A program made the translations under genes and the position numbers. This document shows, piece after piece, positions 29,901-40,294 of a DNA stretch of 64,000 nucleotides (positions are counted from its first letter, which is position 1; every line of letters begins with the position of its first letter). The notes under the pieces are model-generated. The model was given only the letters and a program-made list of their open reading frames with translations. It was not told where the DNA came from and did no database searches. The DNA is taken from NCBI GenBank assembly GCA_963674825.1, contig OY771587.1:2784001-2848000 (forward strand). Direction: 5' to 3'. This stretch comes from Candidatus Cloacimonadales bacterium. GTDB taxonomy: Bacteria; Cloacimonadota; Cloacimonadia; Cloacimonadales; JAIOQZ01.

Positions 29901-29976
29901 TGGTGGGCCCAAGAGGAGTCGAACCTCTGACCGCCCGGTTATGAGCCGGGAGCTCTACCAACTGAGCTATAGGCCC
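29901..29976 (-). tRNA. tRNA with CAU anticodon, most likely tRNA-Ile2 (lysidine type)
   Basis: GGGCCTATAGCTCAGTTGGTAGAGC...CTCATAA...GGTTCGACTCC...GGGCCCACCA; paired G1-C72, no GGG/CCC initiator anticodon stem; downstream of rpoD like E. coli ileX. Confidence 0.93.
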
Positions 29977-30040
29977 TTATTGATTCGAAGCGTATCCTTC
30001 TCAATGGCTTGTTCTGTGTCAAGCAGAAATTGAGAAACAA

Positions 30041-30084
30041 AGAACCGCCGACGCAGCATTGTACGCGATGACATCGGCGGTTCT
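30041..30084 (-). terminator. Hairpin after rpoD
   Basis: AGAACCGCCGA...TCGGCGGTTCT 11-bp stem, T-rich tail on minus strand, long loop. Confidence 0.6.
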
Positions 30085-30090
30085 GACAGA

Positions 30091-31836
30091 TTACTTTATG
30101 TTGAAATTCTCGTACAGCTCCATGAGTGCTGTGCTTCGCGTGGGATGGCGCAGTTTCTTGAGTGCTTTATCTTCGATCTGACGAATACGTTCACGAGTAA
30201 CGTTGAAAATGTTTCCAACTTCTTCGAGCGTACGGTGATAACCATCGTCGATACCGAAGCGAAGGCGGATCACCCGTTCTTCACGGGTAGTCAGCGTACT
30301 GAGAACGTCATCTACCTGTTTCTTGAGCAACGTACGTTCGGCCATGCGTTCGGGCGAGATGGTCGATTTATCTTCGATGAAATCGCCCAGCAGGCTGTCT
30401 TCGCTGTCGTTGCCGATGGGTTTATCGAGCGAGACGGGCTCTTTACTGATGGAGAGCACGCTCTTTACTTTATCGACGGGGATATCCAGCGCGTCTGCCA
30501 GCTCTTCAGGATACGGGTCGCGTCCGAGTTTCTGAACCAATCTGCGGCTCATCCGGTTTACTTTGTTGATCGATTCGATCATGTGAACCGGAACGCGGAT
30601 GGTTCTTGCCTGATCGGCGATGGCACGGGTAATCGCTTGCCTGATCCACCAGGTGGCGTAGGTGCTGAATTTATATCCCTTTTTGTAGTCGTATTTATCG
30701 ACCGCTTTCATCAGGCCTGTGTTACCTTCCTGGATCAGATCCAGAAAGTCCAGACCACGGTTGTTGTAGCGTTTGGCGATACTGATAACCAGGCGAACGT
30801 TCGCTTCGATCATCTCGTTCTTGGCGCCGTCTTTCATCTTCTCGCCGCGTTCGATTTCCTTCATGAGGAAGATCATTTCTTCGCCGCCCATACGGGTTTC
30901 GATCTCTACGCGGCGGATCTTTCTCCGTGCGTTCTTGATCTTGCGAAGAGTTTCCACGAACACAGTCGGGTCAATATTCGTCTCTTTCTGGACTTCTTCG
31001 AAATCCTCGTCAGACTTCTTGGCTCGGCGGCCATAGGCGCAGATTTCTTCCAGCGAGTACCGCTTGATGCGCGAGAGCTTACCAATGGAGCGCTTGCTCT
31101 CTTTGATACGGTCCACCAGGCTCTTGATACGATAGACAAGCCGCTTGATGAATTTATCGTTGAACGGGATGGGCGCAAAGATTTCAATCAAAACCTTGCG
31201 CTTCTCGTCGATAATCTCCTGGAGCTGCTGGTCGGCAATGTTGCCCAGATCGTCGAATTCGGCGGTATCGAGCATGTTCCCGATCTCGTCATAAATCGGC
31301 TCCGACTTCTTGATCGCTTCAGAGAACATCTTGATAAGCTGTTCGTCCTGCGATTTATCGATGTAGCTTCCGAAATCGATGCGGAATAGCTGGTCGATGC
31401 GGATTCGTCTTTCCTTGAACCGGTGCAGGAAGTTGTACATTTCACGTAGTGAACTTCCCGACATGAAGACATAGCGGTTGATCCACTTCTGTCCGCTTTC
31501 GATCTTCTTCGCGATGCGAATTTCACCTTCACGGTCCAGAAGCGGGACACGCCCCATCTCCTTGAGGTACATACGGACGGGATCGTCGTAGTACCGTCGG
31601 TTCTTGAACTTCTTTGTCTGCTGTTTTTTTACTGCCAGCGTTTTCTTGGAAACCTTACGCTGGGTTTCATCGATAATTTCGATCCCCTCACTGGAAAGAT
31701 CCGTGATAAGGTCGTCGATCTTATCGAGAAACAAAGGGCTGTTCGGCAGAATGTCATTTATCTGCTTGAACGTAAGATAGCTGTTTTTCTTGCCCAGGTC
31801 AATCAGCTTTTGCAAGCAATCATTATAACTTCGCAT
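30091..31836 (-). CDS. rpoD: Primary sigma factor RpoD
   Basis: [44 protein letters not shown]. Confidence 0.98.
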   Translation of the reverse strand: MRSYNDCLQKLIDLGKKNSYLTFKQINDILPNSPLFLDKIDDLITDLSSEGIEIIDETQRKVSKKTLAVKKQQTKKFKNRRYYDDPVRMYLKEMGRVPLLDREGEIRIAKKIESGQKWINRYVFMSGSSLREMYNFLHRFKERRIRIDQLFRIDFGSYIDKSQDEQLIKMFSEAIKKSEPIYDEIGNMLDTAEFDDLGNIADQQLQEIIDEKRKVLIEIFAPIPFNDKFIKRLVYRIKSLVDRIKESKRSIGKLSRIKRYSLEEICAYGRRAKKSDEDFEEVQKETNIDPTVFVETLRKIKNARRKIRRVEIETRMGGEEMIFLMKEIERGEKMKDGAKNEMIEANVRLVISIAKRYNNRGLDFLDLIQEGNTGLMKAVDKYDYKKGYKFSTYATWWIRQAITRAIADQARTIRVPVHMIESINKVNRMSRRLVQKLGRDPYPEELADALDIPVDKVKSVLSISKEPVSLDKPIGNDSEDSLLGDFIEDKSTISPERMAERTLLKKQVDDVLSTLTTREERVIRLRFGIDDGYHRTLEEVGNIFNVTRERIRQIEDKALKKLRHPTRSTALMELYENFNIK

Positions 31837-31859
31837 GAACACTCCGTAGAATCCATGTT

Positions 31860-33581
31860 CTAATCAAAAGGTGTTCTGAAAACGACACTTTTTCCAAGCT
31901 GTCGAATTCGATTTTTAATCTTTTCTTTTTTTTGTATAAGCTCTATGTTGTCAATATCTTTCGAAATTTTTTCCTCAAGGGATTTTAATTCACGTATGTG
32001 TTTACGCGTTAGAAGCTGCGCGGTGACCTCTTCTACCGGAACCTCCGGTGTGTCCTCCATCATCATCGCAGATAGCATATTGCGAATATTATCTTTCTCG
32101 ATCATTTCGAATACCGATTCAGTTTTTTTCATTTCTGCAACACAGTTACATAACAATTCAAAAATATATCGATACTCATAAGTGAAAAAATAATCAGGTT
32201 CAATCTCTTCGCAAACTTTTTCGCATAGGTCGCGTTCTGCGAGCATCATCTTGAGCAGATCCCGCTCTTCCGAATACCGGCTCAGATCGGGTCCTTCGAC
32301 GGTTGTCTCGTTCCCATGCGTCCGGGTTGAGCGAATCCTGGACAGAAGCGCGCCTGTCGTTATCCCGAATACTTCTCCGAAATCTCGAGCCTGAAGCTCT
32401 CTGGCAACAGGATCTTCGATATTTCCCAGCACCTCGATCAGAAGGTCGATCTTCTCGCGTTCTTCCATCCCAAGCGATTTGTTTTCCTTCAGGAAAACCG
32501 GCAGTGAGACTGCGTCTTCGATGATCTGCGCGAGTTCATCAACAGTGTGGTGCATGAGGTACGTGTCGGGATCTTCATCGTCAGGCAAGTATGCGATTCT
32601 GGCAGAAAACCCTCGTTTGTGAATTTCGACAGCAGCACGTAGTGCTGCTTTTCGTCCGGCTTTATCGCCGTCGTAGAGCATAACGAAGTTATTGGTGTAT
32701 CTTCCCGCAAGTGATATCTGTTTCTCGGTCAGTGCGGTACCGAGCGAAGCCGCCGCATTTCCAACGCCGCTGGACGCCATTCTCAGAAAGTCTGTATAGC
32801 CTTCGCAGAGTATGATCTGCTTTTTCTTGGATGCGTCGTAGCGAGTCTGGTAGAGGCCGAAGAGCTCGTCACCTTTGGTGTATATCTCGGTTTCGGGGGA
32901 GTTGATGTACTTGGCGTTACTAGGATCGCCGGGCATCACTCTGCCACCGAACGCGACCACCTTACCGAGGATATTGTGGATGGGGAAGATGATTCGGTTA
33001 CGAAAGTAATCAAAATGATCCCCGCGCTGGGAAGCTGCGAAGAGTCCGCTTGCGCGCAGGAGTTTGGTGTCGAATTTGCGGCGTAATAGATGCTCCTTGA
33101 GAGCATTGAAGCTGTTGGGCGCCAGTCCGATTTCGTATTTCTCGATTATCTCATCGGTGAGACCGCGCTCTTTCAGGTAGTTGCGCGCGATTTCACCATG
33201 CTCTTTCATATGGTTTACATAGTAATCCAGCGTCTGACGATAGATCTGTAGAATCAAATCGCGCTTGCTGGGTTCTCCGGTAGGTTCGGAGGTCTCTTCG
33301 ATCTGCACGCCGACGCGCTGCGCCAGGCGTTTGACCGCTTCGATAAAGCTGATCTTCTCGTATTCCTGGATGAAGGTAAAGACATTGCCGCCCCGTCCGC
33401 AACCGAAGCATTTATAGATCTGCTTCTTCTCGTTAACGTTGAACGAGGGTGTCTTTTCCTCATGGAACGGACATCGTGCCTTGAAGTTGCTACCCGCCTT
33501 CTTGAGCGGTATGTAGCCACCGATCACGTCAACGATGTTGTTGCGTTCCCGTATTTCGTCGATCAATGCAGGATCGATCAA
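31860..33581 (-). CDS. dnaG: DNA primase (TTG start)
   Basis: [11 protein letters not shown] zinc finger, [28 protein letters not shown]. Confidence 0.97.
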   Translation of the reverse strand: MIDPALIDEIRERNNIVDVIGGYIPLKKAGSNFKARCPFHEEKTPSFNVNEKKQIYKCFGCGRGGNVFTFIQEYEKISFIEAVKRLAQRVGVQIEETSEPTGEPSKRDLILQIYRQTLDYYVNHMKEHGEIARNYLKERGLTDEIIEKYEIGLAPNSFNALKEHLLRRKFDTKLLRASGLFAASQRGDHFDYFRNRIIFPIHNILGKVVAFGGRVMPGDPSNAKYINSPETEIYTKGDELFGLYQTRYDASKKKQIILCEGYTDFLRMASSGVGNAAASLGTALTEKQISLAGRYTNNFVMLYDGDKAGRKAALRAAVEIHKRGFSARIAYLPDDEDPDTYLMHHTVDELAQIIEDAVSLPVFLKENKSLGMEEREKIDLLIEVLGNIEDPVARELQARDFGEVFGITTGALLSRIRSTRTHGNETTVEGPDLSRYSEERDLLKMMLAERDLCEKVCEEIEPDYFFTYEYRYIFELLCNCVAEMKKTESVFEMIEKDNIRNMLSAMMMEDTPEVPVEEVTAQLLTRKHIRELKSLEEKISKDIDNIELIQKKEKIKNRIRQLGKSVVFRTPFD

Positions 33582-33627
33582 TCTTCCTCCAGCTTTACAA
33601 AGTTCATCTATCGAATCATTGAGGTCA

Positions 33628-35973
33628 TTAATTGAAACTCACGACTGTCACGCCGTCACCGCCTGCTTCGGGCGGAGGTGAGAAGAAGTCGGTTACCTTT
33701 TTATGACGGCGCAAATACTGCCGTACTTTCGCACGAAGTGCGCCGGTGCCTTTTCCGTGGACGATGCGGACTTTGTTCAGTCCGTTCATCATAGCGTTAT
33801 CAAGGAACTCTTCGATCATGGGCAGCGCTTCGTCGAAGGTCATGCCCAAAAGCATCAGTTCGAGTGTCGCACGCTTTGCGCCGGGTGCGTCCACCGAAAC
33901 GCCGCTGCTGACTTTCGGCTTCGCTTTCTTCTTCACTTGGAAGAGGTTCGTTGCCTTGGTGGTGTAGAAGAACCCGTTCACATTTACCTTGATATCGCGA
34001 TTCGATATCTCGGTGATGGTGCCGATCGCGTCGAAATCCCGGACCCAGACTTCCATCCCAATCACAGGTTTTTCGAGTGGAGAGCCCTTGGTTTCCACCA
34101 GGCCCGACTCTTCTTTGGAAAGATCCGCCTGCATCCTGTCGGCTTGCTTGAGTATCTCTTGGACATGCTTCTTGCGCTTGCCGGCATCTGTTTTCTTTAT
34201 CCCGTCCATCTCGTTCTGCAGTTCTTTCTGGAATTGGATCAGGTAGTCCCTTGCTTCACGAATAGAACGTTTCTTGATCTCTTTCGTTTCCTGCTCGATC
34301 TCGGCCAGCTTTTTCTCGTATTCGTCGATCTTCCTCTGTAGCAGACTGTTGTGTAGCTTCGACTGGTAATTCTGGCGCGCTAATTCTTTTTTCTCGTGGT
34401 TCATCTTCACCAGGAGTTCGGTCAGCTCCACGTTCTGCTTTCCGGTGAGTTCCCTTGCGCGCTCGACAAGGCCATTATCCATGCCCAGAGACGAAGCGAC
34501 TTCGATCGCGAAGCTGTTTCCGGGAAGGCCCAGCTTGAAGCGGTAGGTTGGAACATGCTTATCCGGGTCGAAATGCATGGCCGCGTTGCGGCAGGATTCC
34601 GATTGCTCGGCATGAACCTTGATCGAGGTGTAGTGTGTGGTGATGACGCAGAGCGAACCGCGTCGTTCCAGCTCTTCCAGGATCGCCTGTGCCAGCGCGG
34701 ACCCCTGTTCGGGATCGGTAGCCGCACCGATTTCATCCACAAGGATCAGGGTGCGGTTTGTGGCGTTGTCCATCATCTCGGTGATACGCCGGATGTGTGA
34801 GGAGAACGTGCTAAGCGCGTTTTCCAGCGATTGGTCGTCGCCGATATCGGCAAAGACATGATCGAACAGCCCGATGACCGATTCGGAATCGGCGGGAACA
34901 GGCAGGCCCGAAAGCGCCATCAGGGAAAGAAGCCCTGCGCTTTTGAGCGTGACAGTCTTACCGCCGGTATTGGGGCCGGAGATGACAAGAACACGGTAAT
35001 CTTCGCCCAGATCGAGATCGAAGGGGATTACCTTGCGTATGTCGCCCAGGTTGCAGATCAGGAGAGGATGTCGCGCCTTGACCAGGTGCAGGACGGGTTC
35101 TTCCACGATACGCGGCACATGGCCGTCGATGCGTCGCGAGAATTGTGCGATAGCATAGAACATATCAAGCTTGATAAGCGTCTGCATGTCCTTAAGCAGT
35201 GTGTCCTTGTACATTCTGATATCTTCTGAGAAGCTCAGAAGAATGCGGAAAATTTCTTCTTTCTCGTCGTCGTCGAGTGAGGAAAGTTCGTTGTTGAACT
35301 GCACCACGGGAGCTGGCTCCATGAATACCGTGGAGCGGCTCGATGAACGGCCATGAAGCAGGCCTTCGATCATTCCGGCAGAAGACTCACGCACAGGGAT
35401 CACATAACGGTTGTCGCGCTGAGTAACGAAGGAATCGCTCAGGTGGCTTGCCTTCGAGGCGATGAATTTCTGCAATTTCTCCTGAATAGTGCCGCGAACC
35501 TGGCGCTTGCGTTTTCGGATGCGCCTGAGCTCAGGAGAAGCGCTGTCAAGAATCTCACCCTCAGCATCGTATATCTGCCGAAATTTCATGAGGATATCGG
35601 GCAGCGGCATGAGCGATTGCAGTTCGTTATAGAACGTGGGGTAGTCGTCAGGATTCATCTCCTGGCTGTTATCGATCAAGGCCTGTGTGGTCTCGATATT
35701 GTCACAGAGTTGCTTGAATTCCTCAAAGTTGTAGCTCTGGTGCGGGTAATCGACAAGCAGGTCGGTGATATCGGTCAGTCTGGAGAAATCGATCACACCG
35801 AACGTGGTTAACGCTTGCTGTACCTGAAAGGTGTAATCGAGCCGGTTTCTGATCGCTTCGATATCCTGCATTGGCGCGATCTCCCGGGCAAGCTCTTTAC
35901 CTGCTTCAGAGCCGCAATGCCGGATAATCAGGTCGATGATTTTATGGTATTCAAGTTGATGTAGCATGTTCAT
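33628..35973 (-). CDS. mutS2: MutS2 with C-terminal Smr domain
   Basis: ISGPNTGGKT, LSTFSSH, DEIGAATDPEQG, TTHY, IVHGKGTGALR. Confidence 0.96.
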   Translation of the reverse strand: MNMLHQLEYHKIIDLIIRHCGSEAGKELAREIAPMQDIEAIRNRLDYTFQVQQALTTFGVIDFSRLTDITDLLVDYPHQSYNFEEFKQLCDNIETTQALIDNSQEMNPDDYPTFYNELQSLMPLPDILMKFRQIYDAEGEILDSASPELRRIRKRKRQVRGTIQEKLQKFIASKASHLSDSFVTQRDNRYVIPVRESSAGMIEGLLHGRSSSRSTVFMEPAPVVQFNNELSSLDDDEKEEIFRILLSFSEDIRMYKDTLLKDMQTLIKLDMFYAIAQFSRRIDGHVPRIVEEPVLHLVKARHPLLICNLGDIRKVIPFDLDLGEDYRVLVISGPNTGGKTVTLKSAGLLSLMALSGLPVPADSESVIGLFDHVFADIGDDQSLENALSTFSSHIRRITEMMDNATNRTLILVDEIGAATDPEQGSALAQAILEELERRGSLCVITTHYTSIKVHAEQSESCRNAAMHFDPDKHVPTYRFKLGLPGNSFAIEVASSLGMDNGLVERARELTGKQNVELTELLVKMNHEKKELARQNYQSKLHNSLLQRKIDEYEKKLAEIEQETKEIKKRSIREARDYLIQFQKELQNEMDGIKKTDAGKRKKHVQEILKQADRMQADLSKEESGLVETKGSPLEKPVIGMEVWVRDFDAIGTITEISNRDIKVNVNGFFYTTKATNLFQVKKKAKPKVSSGVSVDAPGAKRATLELMLLGMTFDEALPMIEEFLDNAMMNGLNKVRIVHGKGTGALRAKVRQYLRRHKKVTDFFSPPPEAGGDGVTVVSFN

Positions 35974-36485
35974 AAGGATGTCCAGTTTACAGTAACAGTA
36001 TCAGGTATCGAGGGTAGCTGGCTGCCGATGATCTGCCGTACTTCGCGTGAGAAAACGCTGACAGCCTGCAGTATGCGCGAGTGCGATTCGATTTCGATGA
36101 TGAAGTCTTGGAGCGGCGTTGCCCATAGCACGATGTAGATCATACAGAGAATGAAGAAACCGATGGCCAGCCCGAGTATGAATCCCAGCGTTCGGTTGAG
36201 GAACTGCAGGGTCAGGAAGTCGAGCACCTTGTCAAGCAGGATGATCGCAAGTTTCGTGATGATCATGATGACGATAAAAACCGTGACGTAGCTGATGATG
36301 GCAGCGGCTAGGGGATTGATATCGAAATGCTGAAGCAGCAGCGACTGCAACACGGGTGCGTAACGCATCATCAGGATCAGCGCTGCAAAGAACCCCACAA
36401 AATGAATCACGGACGCCATGAAGCCCTTGCGCAGACCGTGAATGCCGATTGCGACGAGAATGATTGCAAAAATGATATCAGCCAT
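35970..36485 (-). CDS. cvpA: CvpA family membrane protein
   Basis: D.IF...G.RKGF, LNRTLGFILG; hydrophobic; adjacent to mutS2. Confidence 0.85.
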   Translation of the reverse strand: MADIIFAIILVAIGIHGLRKGFMASVIHFVGFFAALILMMRYAPVLQSLLLQHFDINPLAAAIISYVTVFIVIMIITKLAIILLDKVLDFLTLQFLNRTLGFILGLAIGFFILCMIYIVLWATPLQDFIIEIESHSRILQAVSVFSREVRQIIGSQLPSIPDTVTVNWTSL

Positions 36486-36525
36486 GATTCACCGTGTTCG
36501 TTGTGTTAGATTCACTGTATGTTAC

Positions 36526-36560
36526 AAAGAAAAAAAGAAGGGAGTATAAAGACTCCCTTC
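36526..36560 (-). terminator. Internal terminator after rpsU-yqeY
   Basis: GAAGGGAGT/ACTCCCTTC stem with T run on minus strand. Confidence 0.85.
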
Positions 36561-36584
36561 AGCGTCAAAAGGTAACGAGCGTTT

Positions 36585-37028
36585 TCAGGAATTCAGCTTT
36601 TCACGTACGATGGCACTAACCAGCTTGCCATCCGCGCGAGTTCCGGTTTGCTCCAGAACGGCCTTCATCATCCTGCCCATGTCTTTCATTCCCTCGGGTT
36701 TTTCGGCTGCGAACACCGCATCAACGATATTCTCGACCTCTTCCCGTGTCAGATTCCGAGGCAGGTATTCCATGATTATGGAAATCTCTTGTCGCCCGTG
36801 TTCGACCAGGTCCTGACGACCACCGCTTTCGAACATCTCGATAGCCTGCTCACGTGCTTTGACGGCCTTGTGAAGAACCAGAAGCGATTCTTCGTCGGTG
36901 AGCTTATCAACGATGAGCTCAATCTTGCGGTTCATCAAGTCTGTCTTGATCGACCGCAATACCAGCAAGCGCGCCTTGTCTTTGGCAAGCATGGCTTTCT
37001 TGATATCTTCTGCGATTCTGTCTAACAT
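36585..37028 (-). CDS. yqeY: GatB/YqeY domain protein
   Basis: IKKAMLAKDK, GGRQDL, YLP, MKDMGRMMK, ADGKLVS. Confidence 0.93.
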   Translation of the reverse strand: MLDRIAEDIKKAMLAKDKARLLVLRSIKTDLMNRKIELIVDKLTDEESLLVLHKAVKAREQAIEMFESGGRQDLVEHGRQEISIIMEYLPRNLTREEVENIVDAVFAAEKPEGMKDMGRMMKAVLEQTGTRADGKLVSAIVREKLNS

Positions 37029-37237
37029 CAGGAGTAACGAGCCTTTTTCCGCAGAGCTTTCAGAAGTTTCCTGCGGGCTGCGTTGAGTTTGCGTTTCCTT
37101 TTATCACTCGGTTTCTCAAAAACCTGGTGCTTTTTAATATCAGAGAGTATCGAAGCCTTTTCACATTTTTTCTTGAACTTCTTAAGCATCACTTCAAAGG
37201 GTTCACCTTCGCGATGATATACTGTAGGCACTGACAT
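37028..37237 (-). CDS. rpsU: 30S ribosomal protein bS21 (start ATG 37237 or GTG 37231)
   Basis: PTV..REGEPFE..LKKFKKKCEK, FEKPS; SD AGGAGGT. Confidence 0.95.
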   Translation of the reverse strand: MSVPTVYHREGEPFEVMLKKFKKKCEKASILSDIKKHQVFEKPSDKRKRKLNAARRKLLKALRKKARYS

Positions 37238-37324
37238 CACCTCCTTTCTGGTCAAAAATATAGAGCATTTCAACATCGAAATCCAAGGCTTTTATGTCAA
37301 GCGAAATCTCTGGTTTTATTGGCG

Positions 37325-37760
37325 CTACCGTTTTTCTCGTAATACGCGCGGAAACGCGAGCTTCATGAACTGCTTCATGTCGCCCGAACGGTATTTCGGA
37401 GAGAGACTGGTCGCAAGCGTGAAACAGCTATTCCAACAACCTCTGCACTCTTTGAATTCACGTAATTTATTCCACCAAGCGGCTGAAGTGAATATCTCTT
37501 CCGGTGAACTTTCCAGCAGATTTCCGATGCTGTTGCCGATGCAGACTTCCACTTCGCCGTCAGGATCGATGAAAAACTTACTGCCCAGTGTCGGCATGTC
37601 GAGGTAAGGGCAGCGTTTGGTGAAATCGTTCTGCAGGTAGTCGATAAAGCCGTCCAGCAGCCATGCGGGGGTGAAAACGTTGGGATGGCTTTTCGCCAGC
37701 TCGATCGCCTGTCGGAATTCATCGTTGACAACAGGCTTGAGATCATCGACCTCCTCATGT
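37325..37760 (-). pseudogene. C-terminal (SPASM/Twitch-like) fragment of a radical-SAM gene
   Basis: RCP...FIDPDGEVEVC...IGNL.E.S.EEIF...ECRGCWNSC; no CxxxCxxC domain or start codon before the repeat array. Confidence 0.65.
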
Positions 37761-37772
37761 CGGGTCGTTCTA

Positions 37773-37899
37773 TTGGATCGCCAAGCCCCAGCTTGGCATC
37801 TCCTGAAACGAGTGTCCCTCTTGGATCGCCAAGCACCAGCTTGGCATCTCCTGAAACGAGTGTCTCTTTTGGATCGCCAAGCACCAGCTTGGCGATCCA
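37773..37899. repeat. Tandem array of three palindromes, 48-bp period
   Basis: Units start 37773, 37821, 37869; third is perfect TGGATCGCCAAGC-acca-GCTTGGCGATCCA; linkers near-identical. Confidence 0.92.
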
Positions 37900-37955
37900 T
37901 TCAGGTTCAATGATTATGGGCAGCAAATTAGAATTGAATATGATGCAAAGCTGAC

Positions 37956-37986
37956 AAAAAAAGGACCACCGCGTGGGGTGGTCCTT
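37956..37986 (-). terminator. Terminator after buk
   Basis: AAGGACCACC/GGTGGTCCTT stem, T7 on minus strand. Confidence 0.85.
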
Positions 37987-38009
37987 CATGTATGCGAAAT
38001 CTATTATGA

Positions 38010-39089
38010 TTAGCCTTTGTATTCCTTGGCTTCTTCGAGGCCCTTGAGGACCAGGACGCCGCCTTCGGAGAGGGCTTCCATTTCTTTCTCGCCCGGGTAG
38101 GTGTGAACCGGTGCGATGAACTGCACGTATTTGCTGATTTCTTTGACGATGTACGGATCGTAGACCAGTCCACCGGTCATGAAGATCGCATCGACTTTGC
38201 CTTCAAGCGCGGCAGCGTAGCCACCGATCTCTTTCGCAATCTGATAGCACATTGCGTCCAGGATCTTCTTCGCTTGCTGGTCACCGGCTTTGATGCGGTT
38301 TTCGATTTCCATTCCACTATCGGTGCCGAGATAGGCGAGGAGGCCAGATGTCTTAGAAAGCTTATTTGCGAGTTCTTTCTGTGTATATTCGCCGCTGTAT
38401 GCCATTTCGATGAGGTCACCGATGGGCAGAGCGCCTGCACGCTGCGGCGAGAAGGGGCCCATGCCGAGGAGCGCGTTGTTCACATCGACGACACGACCTT
38501 TCTTGATTGCACCGACGGTGATTCCGCCACCCATATGGATCGCGATCATGTTCAGCTCGTTGAAGTCACGGTTGATGTCTTTCGCCAGGTGACGCGCGGT
38601 GTAACGGATGTTGAGCGCGTGGAACAGAGATTTGCGTTCTATCTCCGGGACACCGGAGATGCGGGCGATATCTTCGAATTCATCGACAGTCACTGGATCG
38701 ACGATAAATGCGGGGATATCAAGATCTTTGCTGATGGCGTTCGCGATGAAAGCGCCCAGGTTGGAGGCGTGGATACGGCCCCAGATGGACGGATCTTTCA
38801 GATCGGCAAGCATCTTCTCGCCCACGCGGTAGGTTCCACCGGGAACGGAGCGAACGAGTCCGCCGCGTCCTACGACAGCTTCGAGGGTCTTGGGATCGAC
38901 ATCATTTTCTCCCAGAGCTTCCATAACCAGATTTTTACGAAATTCATACTGATCCAGGATTCCACCGATCTTGTCGAGTTCAGCCGGATCGTGACGAAGC
39001 ACTTTAACAAACACTTTCTTATCGTCGTCAAAGACGGCGATTTTGGTCGATGTTGAGCCGGGGTTGATAGCCAGTACTCGGTAATTCAT
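38010..39089 (-). CDS. buk: Butyrate/branched-chain acyl kinase
   Basis: INPGSTSTK, GRGG, HASNLG, VDPVTVDE, HALN, HMGGG, YPGEKEM. Confidence 0.96.
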   Translation of the reverse strand: MNYRVLAINPGSTSTKIAVFDDDKKVFVKVLRHDPAELDKIGGILDQYEFRKNLVMEALGENDVDPKTLEAVVGRGGLVRSVPGGTYRVGEKMLADLKDPSIWGRIHASNLGAFIANAISKDLDIPAFIVDPVTVDEFEDIARISGVPEIERKSLFHALNIRYTARHLAKDINRDFNELNMIAIHMGGGITVGAIKKGRVVDVNNALLGMGPFSPQRAGALPIGDLIEMAYSGEYTQKELANKLSKTSGLLAYLGTDSGMEIENRIKAGDQQAKKILDAMCYQIAKEIGGYAAALEGKVDAIFMTGGLVYDPYIVKEISKYVQFIAPVHTYPGEKEMEALSEGGVLVLKGLEEAKEYKG

Positions 39090-39179
39090 TCATCCTCCAT
39101 ACATGTGTGTAATCTATACTATATCTTCATGAAATCTCGAGTTGAGGGTCATTTCCCGTGAATGGTCATAATGGTCAAT

Positions 39180-40283
39180 TCATTTTTTCAATGCGAGTTG
39201 CATCATCATGGCAACACCTGTCTGGATGCAACGTTCATCGGGCAGAAATCGATCCGAATGTAAATCACCCGCATACTCACCAGCCCCCAGCCAGAAGAGC
39301 AGTCCATCGTAGCGAGTGGTGAAGAATCCGAAGTCTTCGCCGGTCATCACGGTGCTGGCCTCGATATGCCGGATTTCCTGCGGGAGTTGCTCCAGGAATT
39401 TGTTATAGAGCTTCTCTGAGTTGACGACCGGATCATAGGTACTGTGAAGCGTGACCTTGTACTCTACGTCGTGCATTCCTGCAGTTAGTTTCGCGGTTTC
39501 AGTCATCAGATCATTCATTTTCTGCCAGTTTGCGCGACTAAGGCTGCGGGTCGTTCCTTTCATGATGCAATGCTTCGGAACCGCGTTGCGTACGGTTCCA
39601 GCGTTCAGCGTTCCGACGTAAAACACTACCGCGTCCGTGGCCGGGAATCGCTCGTGCATGAGGCGCGACATTGCCTGATAAAACGTCAAACCGGCAGACA
39701 ACGCGTCACGGCCCGTTTGAGGAAAGGCCACATGAGCCGATTCGCCGGTGAACTCGATATCGAACTCCTGCGGGATGCCGAAAAATATACCGGGCTTGGT
39801 CGAAACCGTACCGACGGGCAGGCCGCCGTTGACGTGAAGCGCGTAAGCTTCTTCGATCTCAAATTGGTCCAGGATCTCGGTTTTCAATATCCGCTCCGCT
39901 CCGCCGAGACCTTCCTCGGCGGGTTGGAACAGGAAAAGGTAGTTTTGTTTGGGTTGCATTGCGACGATCTGGTCGATCAGACCGATCAAAATCGTCATAT
40001 GGATATCATGACCGCAGGCATGCATCAGGCCTTCATGGGCTGAGGTGAAATCACAACCGGTTCTCTCGGTGATGGGAAGCGCGTCCATATCGGCACGGAA
40101 GAGCCGATAGGTAGCTTCGCATCGGGTGTATTCGACCACAATGCCGGGAAAGTCGAATGTGTGAATCGTTAGCCCTTCGTACTTCGCGAGAATGTCGAGC
40201 ACGTGTTGCTGCGTCTTGTGTTCCCTGAAACCGAGTTCAGGAATCATGTGCAGGTCTTTGCGAACCTGAATCAGATCGATCAT
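39180..40283 (-). CDS. M20 amidohydrolase (N-acetyldiaminopimelate deacetylase-like)
   Basis: LHMIPELGFREHKT, RADMDALP, MHACGHD, FQPAEE, MTGEDFG. Confidence 0.88.
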   Translation of the reverse strand: MIDLIQVRKDLHMIPELGFREHKTQQHVLDILAKYEGLTIHTFDFPGIVVEYTRCEATYRLFRADMDALPITERTGCDFTSAHEGLMHACGHDIHMTILIGLIDQIVAMQPKQNYLFLFQPAEEGLGGAERILKTEILDQFEIEEAYALHVNGGLPVGTVSTKPGIFFGIPQEFDIEFTGESAHVAFPQTGRDALSAGLTFYQAMSRLMHERFPATDAVVFYVGTLNAGTVRNAVPKHCIMKGTTRSLSRANWQKMNDLMTETAKLTAGMHDVEYKVTLHSTYDPVVNSEKLYNKFLEQLPQEIRHIEASTVMTGEDFGFFTTRYDGLLFWLGAGEYAGDLHSDRFLPDERCIQTGVAMMMQLALKK

Positions 40284-40294
40284 GCCATATCCTT

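Noticed and set aside
29901..29976. Initiator tRNA-fMet call
   Set aside because: Position 1-72 is paired and the anticodon stem lacks three consecutive G-C pairs; Ile2 is favoured, though elongator Met is not fully excluded.
30145..31389. Long antisense ORFs opposite rpoD (also opposite dnaK, buk, aspS/nrdJ, pulA, ackA)
   Set aside because: Typical shadow ORFs caused by codon bias in conserved genes.
37773..37899. Possible mini CRISPR array
   Set aside because: Linkers are near-identical and only ~20 bp, no cas genes, and the same arms occur at 21848; fits REP-type repeats.
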